A stretch of 64,000 bases of DNA. Source: Candidatus Improbicoccus pseudotrichonymphae (GTDB taxonomy: Bacteria > Bacillota > Clostridia > Oscillospirales > Acutalibacteraceae). The number at the start of each line of letters is the position of its first letter. The first letter of the stretch is position 1. The stretch covers positions 61,361 through 125,360 of the forward strand of contig AP027924.1 in the NCBI GenBank assembly GCA_036322855.1, given 5' to 3'. Below, piece by piece: positions 1 through 9,363 of the stretch. Both the position numbers and the translations under genes were made by a program. A model generated the notes under the pieces. It saw nothing but the letters and a program-made list of their open reading frames with translations. It did no database searches and was not told where the DNA came from.

Positions 1-131
1 TTTTTTGTTCTATTGTAAACGTGCCTACTCAGACGTCATTTTCAAAAGTTAAAAGCAAAAAATCGGTAAAACACACTTCTTGAATTTATCACCGAATCTA
101 CTAACCATAATTGCCAATTTTAAAATATCTG

Positions 132-1421
132 CTAATTATTGTCAATCACAGAGAGAACCGAAAAATCTTCCCTGAATTTTTGCTCAATTTTTCCATTCAC
201 GTCTTTTAAATCTATGTCTGAAATTTTGTTAATATATTCAAAAATTTCATAATTAAAAAACGAAAAATCAAGCAAATTATTGGCAATGCCGGATACACTA
301 TTCAAAGCTGAAACGCTTTCCGCGTAGACACATTTTTTGGCACGTTCAAAAGTATCATTACTCAAACCGAAATTAACAATGTTTCTTATATTTTTCTTAA
401 TCGTTTCTGATGCTTGCAGAACTTTATCTGATTCACCAGAGAAAATAAAAGATGAATAATAGGGCCCGGAAAAATTTTCACAAGAAAAACTCGAAATATT
501 TATCAAATTATTATTAATAAGTTCGTTATATATTTTTTCAGATTTAAAAGTGAGCGCGCACAATATTATCTCTGAAATTATCACATCTTTCATGCTCGAA
601 TATTTTCTGTCTATTTTCTCTTTGAAACCTAAATTGAACACCGGCATGGCAACTTCCATGCTTTCGCGCACATAATCACTACCAATCACATCCGGCTCTT
701 CTTCGAAAAAATCCTCTGCTAAATTAAAATCGTTTTGATTTTTCAGACATCTGAAAATGCAATCCAATGTTTCATCAACATCAAACCTTCCGGAAACACA
801 AAGACACATATTTTTTAAATTGTAAAAATTATTGTAACATTCATATAGTATTTCGGGTGTTATTTTCGCAACAGATTCAACCGTGCCGGCTATCTCTTGT
901 CTTATCGTATGTTTTAAATAAAGATTTTTGAGTAAATTATGATTTACTCTCGATTCCGGATCATCTCTGTACATTTTGATTTCTTGATTGATGATTTCCC
1001 TTTCCTTATCCACGTTTTGCTTTGTAAAATATGGGTTTTGAACAAAACTTAAAAGAATTTTCAGAGATTCTATAAAATTATTATTGCACAAAAACAAATA
1101 AGCTGTTTTATCAAACGACGTATAAGCATTGGCAGAGGCACCGGTTTTGTTAAACAAAGAAAAAACATCACAATCTTCATTTTCGAAAAGCTTATGTTCC
1201 AAATAATGGGCAACACCGGACGGAGTTTTTATTATTTTATTTTCTGAAGTTTTGAACATTTCGTTTATAGAACCATATTTTGTTCCAAAAATTGCGTAGG
1301 TGGAATTGTAATTTTTTTTAGGAAACAAATATATCTTAAGTCCGGAGCTATGTTCAACAAAAAAATATTCTTCATTTAATCTTTTTTCAAAAAACCTTTC
1401 TTTTTGCAAAATCATCACCAA
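132..1421 (-). CDS. M16 (pitrilysin/insulinase) family zinc peptidase, catalytic-type subunit
   Basis: 429-aa ORF with inverted zinc motif HxxEH (GVAHYLEHKLFE) near the N-terminus; abuts a second M16-like ORF. Confidence 0.8.
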   Translation of the reverse strand: MVMILQKERFFEKRLNEEYFFVEHSSGLKIYLFPKKNYNSTYAIFGTKYGSINEMFKTSENKIIKTPSGVAHYLEHKLFENEDCDVFSLFNKTGASANAYTSFDKTAYLFLCNNNFIESLKILLSFVQNPYFTKQNVDKEREIINQEIKMYRDDPESRVNHNLLKNLYLKHTIRQEIAGTVESVAKITPEILYECYNNFYNLKNMCLCVSGRFDVDETLDCIFRCLKNQNDFNLAEDFFEEEPDVIGSDYVRESMEVAMPVFNLGFKEKIDRKYSSMKDVIISEIILCALTFKSEKIYNELINNNLINISSFSCENFSGPYYSSFIFSGESDKVLQASETIKKNIRNIVNFGLSNDTFERAKKCVYAESVSALNSVSGIANNLLDFSFFNYEIFEYINKISDIDLKDVNGKIEQKFREDFSVLSVIDNN

Positions 1422-1422
1422 T

Positions 1423-2688
1423 TTAATTATAAACGGTATAAATGCTGTCTAATTTTAATTTACCTGCAGCCTCAACCACTTCTTCTATTCTAACAGATTT
1501 CAGCTTTTCAGCCATAGAATGTGGTGTCAATAAAGCGTCATTTAAAGTTTGAGACAAATACCAAGAATCGAGTGCGTCTAAGCTGTCCTCTATATTTTCG
1601 TACATTTGACATACAAATTTTTTAGTATCTTCTATTTCATCGTTTGTTAAATTACCTTTTTTTATAGAATCAATTTGTTTTAAAATTTCTTCTTTTGCTT
1701 TCTCTAAATTTTTATTTTCAACTCCGCTTTCTACAAAAACAGAACCCTTATATTTATCAAACCTGGACGAGCAATAATAACACAAATTTAATTTTTCCCT
1801 TACATTTAAAAAAAGTTTAGAGCTTGGAGTTCCGCCAAGAACAAAATTCATAAGTATCATGGCTACTGATTCCTCATTTATCCCCGAAACGCCAGTGTTG
1901 AATCCCATGGCAAACTTACATTGTTCGACTTCTGCTTTCTCTTTCTTGTTTTTTATTTTTACATCTGAGTTATCTTTAACTTTATTTTTAAAAACCATAT
2001 TTTCAGACGAACGCTTAAACTTTTTTATTTCGTTTCTGAATTTATCAAAGACCTCAGTTTTTAATGAATTTCCTATAACAATCAGTTTAATGTAAGCGCT
2101 GTTTAAAACATCATGATAATTATCATAGAGTAAACTTGGGGATACCTCGCAAATACTATCTATTTCTCCGTATTTAAAAATATTACTTTCTTGGCCGTCA
2201 TATAATAACTTTTCACAATTATGAAAAGTATATAGGCGTTTATCGTTGAATTCAGACTTTATATACTTAATTATCTGATTTTTTTCAATTTCAACCGCGT
2301 TAGAACGAAAACGTCTATTGTCCAAATCCGGATAAAATATTAATTCCGTAATTAAATCAATAAGACTGCCCAAAGAGATATCGTTCATAAATTCTTCATT
2401 TAATGAATTTAAAGATAAAGTTAAAACTTGATAATCCCCAATTTTAGACACTTCGCTCTGTAACGAAGTCCCATAAAGATTTTCAAGTTCTTTATTAAGT
2501 AAAATAATGCTTGGATACTTCTGACAGCTGTATTCCAAAACTCCGGGTAAAACGGCATTTAAAGAAGCTTTAGATTTGATCATAGGCAACAAAAAACTAA
2601 AAGACATTTGGAAATTCTTAAATTTACTGCACTCGACATACGAGACATCGAAATTATTGTCCAACTTGAATGTTTTGTGATTTGACAT
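1423..2688 (-). CDS. M16-family peptidase-like protein, probably the non-catalytic partner
   Basis: 421-aa ORF 1 nt upstream of the M16 gene, of similar size; HxxEH position is degenerate (VLPGVLEYSCQ). Paired arrangement resembles Firmicutes ymfF/ymfH. Confidence 0.55.
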   Translation of the reverse strand: MSNHKTFKLDNNFDVSYVECSKFKNFQMSFSFLLPMIKSKASLNAVLPGVLEYSCQKYPSIILLNKELENLYGTSLQSEVSKIGDYQVLTLSLNSLNEEFMNDISLGSLIDLITELIFYPDLDNRRFRSNAVEIEKNQIIKYIKSEFNDKRLYTFHNCEKLLYDGQESNIFKYGEIDSICEVSPSLLYDNYHDVLNSAYIKLIVIGNSLKTEVFDKFRNEIKKFKRSSENMVFKNKVKDNSDVKIKNKKEKAEVEQCKFAMGFNTGVSGINEESVAMILMNFVLGGTPSSKLFLNVREKLNLCYYCSSRFDKYKGSVFVESGVENKNLEKAKEEILKQIDSIKKGNLTNDEIEDTKKFVCQMYENIEDSLDALDSWYLSQTLNDALLTPHSMAEKLKSVRIEEVVEAAGKLKLDSIYTVYN

Positions 2689-2780
2689 AATTATTCACCC
2701 GACAAATAAAATACAAGATTGAATCAGCTACAGTATACGAAATAACAAATTTAAATCAACTCAAATTGAATTCCAAAAAT

Positions 2781-3962
2781 TTATCGGTAATTTAAAATCA
2801 ATTTTGTTTCATTGTAAATACATTTTTCTTCATCTGATATCAGATTCAATATGCATATTTTAGAATTTGAAGAAGAAACTATAACTTCATTTTCACTATT
2901 GTCTTTTTTGAGTTTAACCCCGAAAATACTTAGACTTTCACATATATTTTTTCTTATGAAGGGTGAATTTTCACCTATTCCGGCCGTAAAAACAACTGCA
3001 TCACATCCGTTCATAACGGTTATATACGATCCTATATATTTAGTTATTTTATAACAAAACATATCTACTGCTAGCTTGCAATTTTCGTTTTTTTCGTAAT
3101 TTTCTATAACTTTTTCGATATTATCAGAAAATCCCGAAACACCCAGAATTCCTGATTGGCTATTGAGAATTTCATATACTTTCTCTGAACTTAAACTTTC
3201 GATTTTTTTTAAATGAATTATTACAGATGGATCTAAAGAACCACATCTGGTACTCATCATTAATCCACCTAAAGGAGTAAGACCCATTGATGTATCGATG
3301 GGGTTTCCATCGACAATAGCGGCAATGGATGAGCCGCTACCCAAATGGCAAGATACAACTTTTAGATTTTTTTTCTTTAAATAACGCAAACATGTTTCAT
3401 AGGCATATTTATGCGAAATTCCATGAAAACCATATTTTCTTATGTTATGTTTTTTTGCAATAGTGGCAGGTATAGCATAGGTGTATGCTTTCTTTGGTAA
3501 ATTTGAAAAAAAAGAAGTATCAAAAACTGCTACTTGTTTTATGTTCCCGAAAAAATCAATACAACTTAATATTCCGTCTAAATTTGATCGATTATGAAGC
3601 GGAGAAAGCGGTATAAGTTCTTTGATTTTATGCAAAACATTTTTGTTGATTACAACAGCTTGTGATTTAAAATAATTTCCCCCGTGAACAACTCTATGTC
3701 CTATGGCTTTTACATTTTTTAAAACGTCTGAAAAATTATTATCCGAAAAGACTTTTTTAAAAGACTCAAATGCGTCTTTGCACGTTCCATACCTAACATC
3801 ATATCTAAATTCTTTTTCTTTTGTTTTAAAAATTAAAATTCCGGAATCGCCGCATGTTTTATAACACCTTCCGCCAAAAATTTCCTCATCATTATTTAAG
3901 CTAAAAATCTTATACTTAAAAGAAGAGCTCCCAAAATTAAAAACCAAAATCATAGTAGTCAC
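2781..3962 (-). CDS. ackA: acetate kinase
   Basis: N-terminal ILVFNFGSSSFKYKIF, HRVVHGG, FDTSFF and YGFHGISH motifs typical of acetate/propionate kinases. Confidence 0.9.
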   Translation of the reverse strand: MTTMILVFNFGSSSFKYKIFSLNNDEEIFGGRCYKTCGDSGILIFKTKEKEFRYDVRYGTCKDAFESFKKVFSDNNFSDVLKNVKAIGHRVVHGGNYFKSQAVVINKNVLHKIKELIPLSPLHNRSNLDGILSCIDFFGNIKQVAVFDTSFFSNLPKKAYTYAIPATIAKKHNIRKYGFHGISHKYAYETCLRYLKKKNLKVVSCHLGSGSSIAAIVDGNPIDTSMGLTPLGGLMMSTRCGSLDPSVIIHLKKIESLSSEKVYEILNSQSGILGVSGFSDNIEKVIENYEKNENCKLAVDMFCYKITKYIGSYITVMNGCDAVVFTAGIGENSPFIRKNICESLSIFGVKLKKDNSENEVIVSSSNSKICILNLISDEEKCIYNETKLILNYR

Positions 3963-4013
3963 CCTCGGAATTGCCTAAACAACATATAATATTCACATAT
4001 TAAATATTTTTCA

Positions 4014-5507
4014 CTACTGAGTCTTTTTGCGTTCATATTCTTTGCTAAGTTTTATTACCGAAAAAATCCAAGCTAACATAACCATTAAAAACAAAACTAA
4101 AAACATGGGAATATGATCTAAAAGAGTACTTCCTGAAGAAAATGCTAAAATCAACATCGTGATTAATCCCCCGCCGGCTTTTCCTCCCTTGCCTCCAATT
4201 AATTCAACGGCTGCTTGACTTTGTTCTTTTATTTGCTTGTCCAGAGGAATATAAACCATACTTTTTGTCGGATCAAACAGACAATACGTTGCCCCTTTGC
4301 TAAATATATCTACAATTATGCCAACCCATACGGTCAAAATAGGAATTGACAATCCTAAAATATACGAAATATTACTTTGCGAAGTCTTTACGTAAAATAT
4401 TAAAAGATAAAAAGCCGTAACTGTAATTGTTAGAATTGTGGGCATAATTAATGCGTTAGTCTTCCAAGAGTACTTACGCAAAATATGAACGGCAGCTATA
4501 TTTAAAATAACCGTAAAAATAGTTGTGAAAATCAAAAGCATTCCCTGAAGTTTACTCATTTTTATTACGTCAAATGTTGTTGCTAAATATGCTTTAAATA
4601 TTCCTTCGTATAAATTTATTCCTATTCCACAACACACCGGAAGCATAAAAATCAAAAAAACATAAGGATTGGTAAACAAAATTTTTATTCCCTCGAAAAA
4701 ACCGATTTTTAATTTTTCTTTCTTAGATTCTATTTGGCTTGTATCATATAATTTTTCATCTTTCATTACAACTTTGCTAATATAATAATAAATTCCCATG
4801 ATTAAAAAACAAAACACCGACGAAATAATACATAATAATTTGAGATTATTGTCGAAAACCACCCTATTTGAAGTATTTGACATTAGATATAAACATGCAC
4901 CGGCAAGCAGCCCTCCGTTGTTACCGAAAAATAAATACAAAGCGTAAAATCTGGTTACTTCATTTTTTTTGGTAATTTGATTAGCTAAAGACCAAAACAA
5001 ATAGTTCAGGGCAATGCTTCCCCAAGTTTCGGCAAAAATATAAAATATTGTATATGGCCAATTTATTATGCATAAAATTATATATCTAAGCTGAGATGGA
5101 AAACTTTGGAACAATTTTAAAACAGCATCTTCTGATACTTGAATAGAATTTACATTAGGAAAAATAAAAAATGCAAAAATCAAGAAAAACACACCGTAAA
5201 AAGAACAGACTACATAAAATATTCTTTTCATTCCCGATTTGTTTATAAATGCAGAAAGCAGCATCGTGATTACAAAGGTAATCGGCAAAACAAACAGAGT
5301 CTTTAACGATGAAATCAACTCAGTACCACCGAATATCGCGTACTTTTGGATAAAAATGTCCTTAAGATTGCGAGTAGCCGTAAAAACAAAAAGTATACAA
5401 AACAGCAGCAAATTCATCGGCAAAATTTTTTTTAACTCAAAATTATGAATCGGCCACAAAATCGACCTTATTTTACCAAATTTCTGAATTTTGGTTGCTT
5501 CCGGCAT
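4014..5507 (-). CDS. nucleotide transporter of the TLC/NTT ATP:ADP antiporter family
   Basis: 497-aa polytopic membrane protein. LFWSLANQITKKNEVTRFY and FDPTKSMVYIPLDKQIKEQSQAAVELIGGKGGKAGGG closely match signature blocks of Rickettsia Tlc / Chlamydia Npt1. Confidence 0.88.
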   Translation of the reverse strand: MPEATKIQKFGKIRSILWPIHNFELKKILPMNLLLFCILFVFTATRNLKDIFIQKYAIFGGTELISSLKTLFVLPITFVITMLLSAFINKSGMKRIFYVVCSFYGVFFLIFAFFIFPNVNSIQVSEDAVLKLFQSFPSQLRYIILCIINWPYTIFYIFAETWGSIALNYLFWSLANQITKKNEVTRFYALYLFFGNNGGLLAGACLYLMSNTSNRVVFDNNLKLLCIISSVFCFLIMGIYYYISKVVMKDEKLYDTSQIESKKEKLKIGFFEGIKILFTNPYVFLIFMLPVCCGIGINLYEGIFKAYLATTFDVIKMSKLQGMLLIFTTIFTVILNIAAVHILRKYSWKTNALIMPTILTITVTAFYLLIFYVKTSQSNISYILGLSIPILTVWVGIIVDIFSKGATYCLFDPTKSMVYIPLDKQIKEQSQAAVELIGGKGGKAGGGLITMLILAFSSGSTLLDHIPMFLVLFLMVMLAWIFSVIKLSKEYERKKTQ

Positions 5508-5691
5508 TTATATTTTTGCACCTTAAATAGTTTTTGAAACAAAAACGCCACGTACTGCTGAAGTATGCAATTTCCAAGATTTTATAAAAAAATAACCAAC
5601 CTATTCTATAATTTTAGATTTATTTATTTTTTTTTCAAGTTTTTCTTTTTGTTAAAAAACTATTTTGCCTTTAATTTTAAATTTTATTATA

Positions 5692-7257
5692 ATGATCCGG
5701 GTTAATAAATTAAGAGCGAGTGTGAAATCGTTGTATAAAGTACTTTATAGGAAATGGAGGCCCAAAAATTTTGCGGATGTTATTGGTCAGGGACATGTAA
5801 CTTCGGTACTCAAAAATGAAATTGTTGAAAAAAAAATATCCCATTCGTATATGTTTGTTGGTACACGTGGCAGTGGGAAAACTACCTGTGCGAGGATTTT
5901 TGCAAAAGCCGTAAATTGTATATCTCCCATTAACAGTGGTGAGCCTTGTTTAAAATGCAAGGCATGCGAAGCCATAGACAATAATACAACAGACATGATA
6001 GAAATTGACGCCGCAAGTAATAATGGGGTTGAAAATATAAGAGCGATAAAAGAAGAATCGAATTTCGCAACATCGATTTTGAATTACCGGGTTTACATAA
6101 TAGATGAATTTCACATGTTGTCAATTGGTGCTTTCAACGCTTTTCTTAAAATTCTTGAGGAACCTCCTTGCAATTTAATTTTTATACTTGCAACTACCGA
6201 ATTTCACAAGATACCAAAGACCGTTGTTTCCAGATGCCAAAAATTTGACTTTTTTAAGATACCGGTTGGCAAATTATTTGAATATCTAAAGAAAATTTCG
6301 TCTTCGGAAAATATTAATATAACCGATGATGCACTGTCGATTATAGCTAATATTGCCGATGGTTCGGCGCGTGACGCACTTACTATATTGGAGCGTTTTC
6401 TTTCGTGCCAAAACAAAGTTATAGATGCGGACAAAGTAAATCTGCTAATGGGTCTCACCGATTCGAAAGATATAGAAAATTTAGCCTGCTTGATTTCTAA
6501 TCGTGATATTAAATCATGCTTAGAAAAAATAGAAAATTTAAATATTCGTTCTAAAAACATGGCTAAAATTTGCGAAGGCCTTATCGGTTTTTTTAGAGCA
6601 GTTATGCTTTATAAAATCACAGGGAAATATTTTGATTATTATCATCATGAGTGCGATGTTTTGAAAGAGATTTCAAAGTTGCTGAGCGAAGAAAATATAA
6701 TGAAAATATTTGATGTGTTAAAAAACGCTTATAATCAGATGAATAAAATATATAAACCTGAAATAGAGTTGGAGTTCGCGTTTATAAAAATCTATCAAAA
6801 AATAAAACCCAATAACAGTCAAATTAATGATACCGAAATTCCCAGCGCAAAGAGTACGAAAGACGATGAAAAATCTGAAATAAAAAACAATGAAAAACCG
6901 GAAACGGGAGATAACAAAAAGCCCAAAATAAAAAATGAAAATAAAGATAAATTTGATCCAAAAATTTGGAATAGTATTTTAGAGAAATTAAACGATGTTT
7001 CTGATTCTTATCTGTTAACTTTAAAAGGTTCTTATGCCTATGTGGAAAATAATTTTCTTGTTGTGGTCGTTTCAAAAAAAATATATGTAGACATATTGAA
7101 GAGAAGTTTGCCCGAATTAAAAGAAATAATTTTTGATTTTATTGGGGAAAATTATAAAATAAAATTTGTAAGCAAAGAAGAAGATTCAAAAAAAGAAAAT
7201 AATAATTTAGATGAATTGATCAACGATGCTGAAAATATGGGGATAAAAATATATTAA
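5692..7257 (+). CDS. dnaX: DNA polymerase III subunit gamma/tau
   Basis: YRKWRPKNFADVIGQGHV, Walker A GTRGSGKTTCARIFAKAVNC, zinc module CLKCKAC, DEFHML. Start uncertain (ATG 5692 or GTG 5722). Confidence 0.88.
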   Translation: MIRVNKLRASVKSLYKVLYRKWRPKNFADVIGQGHVTSVLKNEIVEKKISHSYMFVGTRGSGKTTCARIFAKAVNCISPINSGEPCLKCKACEAIDNNTTDMIEIDAASNNGVENIRAIKEESNFATSILNYRVYIIDEFHMLSIGAFNAFLKILEEPPCNLIFILATTEFHKIPKTVVSRCQKFDFFKIPVGKLFEYLKKISSSENINITDDALSIIANIADGSARDALTILERFLSCQNKVIDADKVNLLMGLTDSKDIENLACLISNRDIKSCLEKIENLNIRSKNMAKICEGLIGFFRAVMLYKITGKYFDYYHHECDVLKEISKLLSEENIMKIFDVLKNAYNQMNKIYKPEIELEFAFIKIYQKIKPNNSQINDTEIPSAKSTKDDEKSEIKNNEKPETGDNKKPKIKNENKDKFDPKIWNSILEKLNDVSDSYLLTLKGSYAYVENNFLVVVVSKKIYVDILKRSLPELKEIIFDFIGENYKIKFVSKEEDSKKENNNLDELINDAENMGIKIY

Positions 7258-7271
7258 GTGGGGTTGAATTT

Positions 7272-7610
7272 ATGAAGGTTAGGTTGCCGTCAGGTAAAAA
7301 TAGTAATATGAAAGACATATCAGAACAAATTAAATCTATGCAAATCAGAGTAGAAAATGCTATGGAAGAGTTTAAATTAAAAGAATTCGAGGATTCTTCT
7401 GGCGATAAAGATGTAAAAGTGGTATTCAATGGGGATTATGAGCTTATTTCTTTGGATATTAAACCTGAGATCGTTAATCCCAATGATGTCGAGAAACTTC
7501 AAGATCTAATAGTGGTTTCCATCAACAAAACACTTAAAAAAGTAAAAGACGAGAAAGAAGCAATCTTGGGAGAAGTATCCGGTAGAGAAGTGCCCGATTG
7601 TCTTTTGTGA
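7272..7610 (+). CDS. ybaB: YbaB/EbfC nucleoid-associated protein
   Basis: 112-aa ORF directly after dnaX (conserved synteny); M..Q.K.MQ..... helical N-terminus and VKVVFNGDYELISLDI core. No recR follows. Confidence 0.75.
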   Translation: MKVRLPSGKNSNMKDISEQIKSMQIRVENAMEEFKLKEFEDSSGDKDVKVVFNGDYELISLDIKPEIVNPNDVEKLQDLIVVSINKTLKKVKDEKEAILGEVSGREVPDCLL

Positions 7611-7729
7611 TAGGATTTTTCGTAGTTTTTCTTAAAATCTTACAATAATTGTTATTTTCGCATTCTGCACTTTACCACATTTTCTAGAATTTAAAAAAAG
7701 GTATAGATTAAATTTTTGGTTGATAAATA

Positions 7730-8026
7730 ATGAATAAAGATAACGGCAATGGCATTTCGGAATTCGTAAATGAAATTCTTAAAAATAAGATTTTTGCCGA
7801 ATTTGTTAGGAAAAACAAAAAAGATAAAACTTTAAAAGATTTCTTGAAGTTATCAAGCCCGGATATTGAAATGAAATTGCCGGACGAAAATAAATTAGAC
7901 GAAAAAGATTTAGATGATATAAGTGGTGGAAAGAAGCTTTACGATGACAAAGTGGCTTTGTTTTTTGTTCTGGATTGGAGTATATTAGGTCATGGGAAAA
8001 ACTCGAGGAAGAGACAGGGCCACTAA
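7730..8026 (+). CDS. double-glycine leader peptide precursor (Nif11-like long leader), copy 1
   Basis: Leader ends LDEKDLDDISGG, matching the L(-12)..(E/D)(-8)L(-7)..I(-4).GG consensus. About 275 nt is near-identical to 36350..36604 on the other strand. Confidence 0.5.
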   Translation: MNKDNGNGISEFVNEILKNKIFAEFVRKNKKDKTLKDFLKLSSPDIEMKLPDENKLDEKDLDDISGGKKLYDDKVALFFVLDWSILGHGKNSRKRQGH

Positions 8027-8280
8027 AAGACAGAGCATCGAAACATACAGTGTGTAAATAGATCGTGAAAAAAATTGCTTACATATTTACATGGAAAATC
8101 CTTACATTACAAACACAGAAACAGCACAATGGCCTTTGGTTGCAATATTTCAGTAATGAAGCATGCAAAAAGCTGCAAGAATCACACAAAAACACAATTT
8201 GTTATAGAAAGAGACGAGTAAAAAAGAAAAGAATTTATAAAATAACTAGAATCTTTACCTAAAGAAAGCGAGATATATTA

Positions 8281-8527
8281 TGTGGGCGAGAGTGGATTGA
8301 TAAATATTATTCTCGTAAATATGGATATGCTCCAAAAGGTGAGAAAGTTATCGGGGAAAAATTAGTGGAAGACATTTTGAAATAACCAGCATCGTAGCTG
8401 CAAAAAATAAAAATAATATTGTTGCGCCTTTTACCTACAAAGGAACAATGGATGCCGACTCACTCGAAGGTTGGCTTGAGGATATTTTTGTTCCAAAACT
8501 CAAAAATCCTGAAAAAGCTGTTTTAAA
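8281..8527 (+). pseudogene. IS630-family DDE transposase fragment (central part, frameshifted)
   Basis: Frames read YSRKYGYAPKGEKVIGE / ISGRHFEITSIVAAKNKNNIVAPFTYKGTMDADSLEGWLEDIFVPKLKNPEKAVL, with stops and a frameshift. Confidence 0.6.
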
Positions 8528-8824
8528 TTTTCAACTTTTTGTTAATTTCTTCTTTACTTAAAATAGGCTTCAAATCTAATTCTTTGGAAATGAGGCCTAA
8601 TTTTTGGTTTTATAGTTTTTAAAAATTTGGTTAATTTAGGTAAACACAAACAAAAAAAATTTTTGATTTAAAGTTATACGATATCTTTAAAACCAAATTG
8701 ATTTAATGAACTGACTGTTTTATAATTAAGTTTACTTGAAAAAATTTAGAACAATTTGTTTTTTTAAGCTTAACCTGATAGAAAATTGAGTTTAGAAGTT
8801 AAAACTTTAAAAGTCTGAGGTTCA

Positions 8825-9103
8825 ATGAACATTAATAACAATACAAGCAATAATTCAAATGAGAAAATAAATAAGAACAATAATATGATTATTGGCCTTT
8901 TTTACGGAGGCTTTACGGTACTAGGAATGTTTTCAGGTGCAATAATTGGATTATTTATTGGAATAAGTTATTACGGACCACAAGATAGCAGAATTTTGGA
9001 ATTTGCTTTATTGATTGGATTTTTAGGTACAGGAATAGGGATTGGATTGGGAATAATTTCTAATGCAATAATTGCCATGCGTTCAAATAAGAAAAACAAT
9101 TAA
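8825..9103 (+). CDS. small glycine-zipper membrane protein (two predicted TM helices), unknown function
   Basis: 92-aa ORF with N/K-rich N-terminus and two G-x-x-x-G rich hydrophobic segments. Lies in the ~600-nt block that splits the IS630 pseudogene. Confidence 0.4.
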   Translation: MNINNNTSNNSNEKINKNNNMIIGLFYGGFTVLGMFSGAIIGLFIGISYYGPQDSRILEFALLIGFLGTGIGIGLGIISNAIIAMRSNKKNN

Positions 9104-9138
9104 TCAAAATTTAAGATTTTGCCCACGAATTCGTACGA

Positions 9139-9352
9139 TAACTTTAATTTTAGATAACGTATCATCACATAAGAAAAATTATATTTATGATGTCGCAGAT
9201 GATTACGGTTTTAAAGTTATATTTTTGCCACCTTTTATTCTCCTAATTTTAATCCAATAGAAAAATTCTAGGCTAACGTCAAACGACGATTACAATTATA
9301 TATGCACAAATTTAACAAATTCTGGGATGCGTTGGCTTATGCTTTCGATTGA
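9139..9352 (+). pseudogene. IS630-family DDE transposase fragment (C-terminal part, frameshifted)
   Basis: LILDNVSSHKK..YDVADDYGFKVIFLPP then, after a frameshift, NPIEKFW-like ..KFWDALAYAFD*. Confidence 0.6.
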
Positions 9353-9363
9353 ACTCGACTATA

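Noticed and set aside
5520-5664. SRP RNA (ffs), which often precedes dnaX in Firmicutes
   Set aside because: No GGAA-tetraloop / AGCA-GGA domain IV motif, or any stable helix, is visible in the spacer.
8065-8262. 65-aa ORF downstream of the GG-leader peptide gene
   Set aside because: It has no SD and a K/R-rich low-complexity translation. It lies in sequence homologous to non-coding DNA next to copy 2 of the peptide gene.
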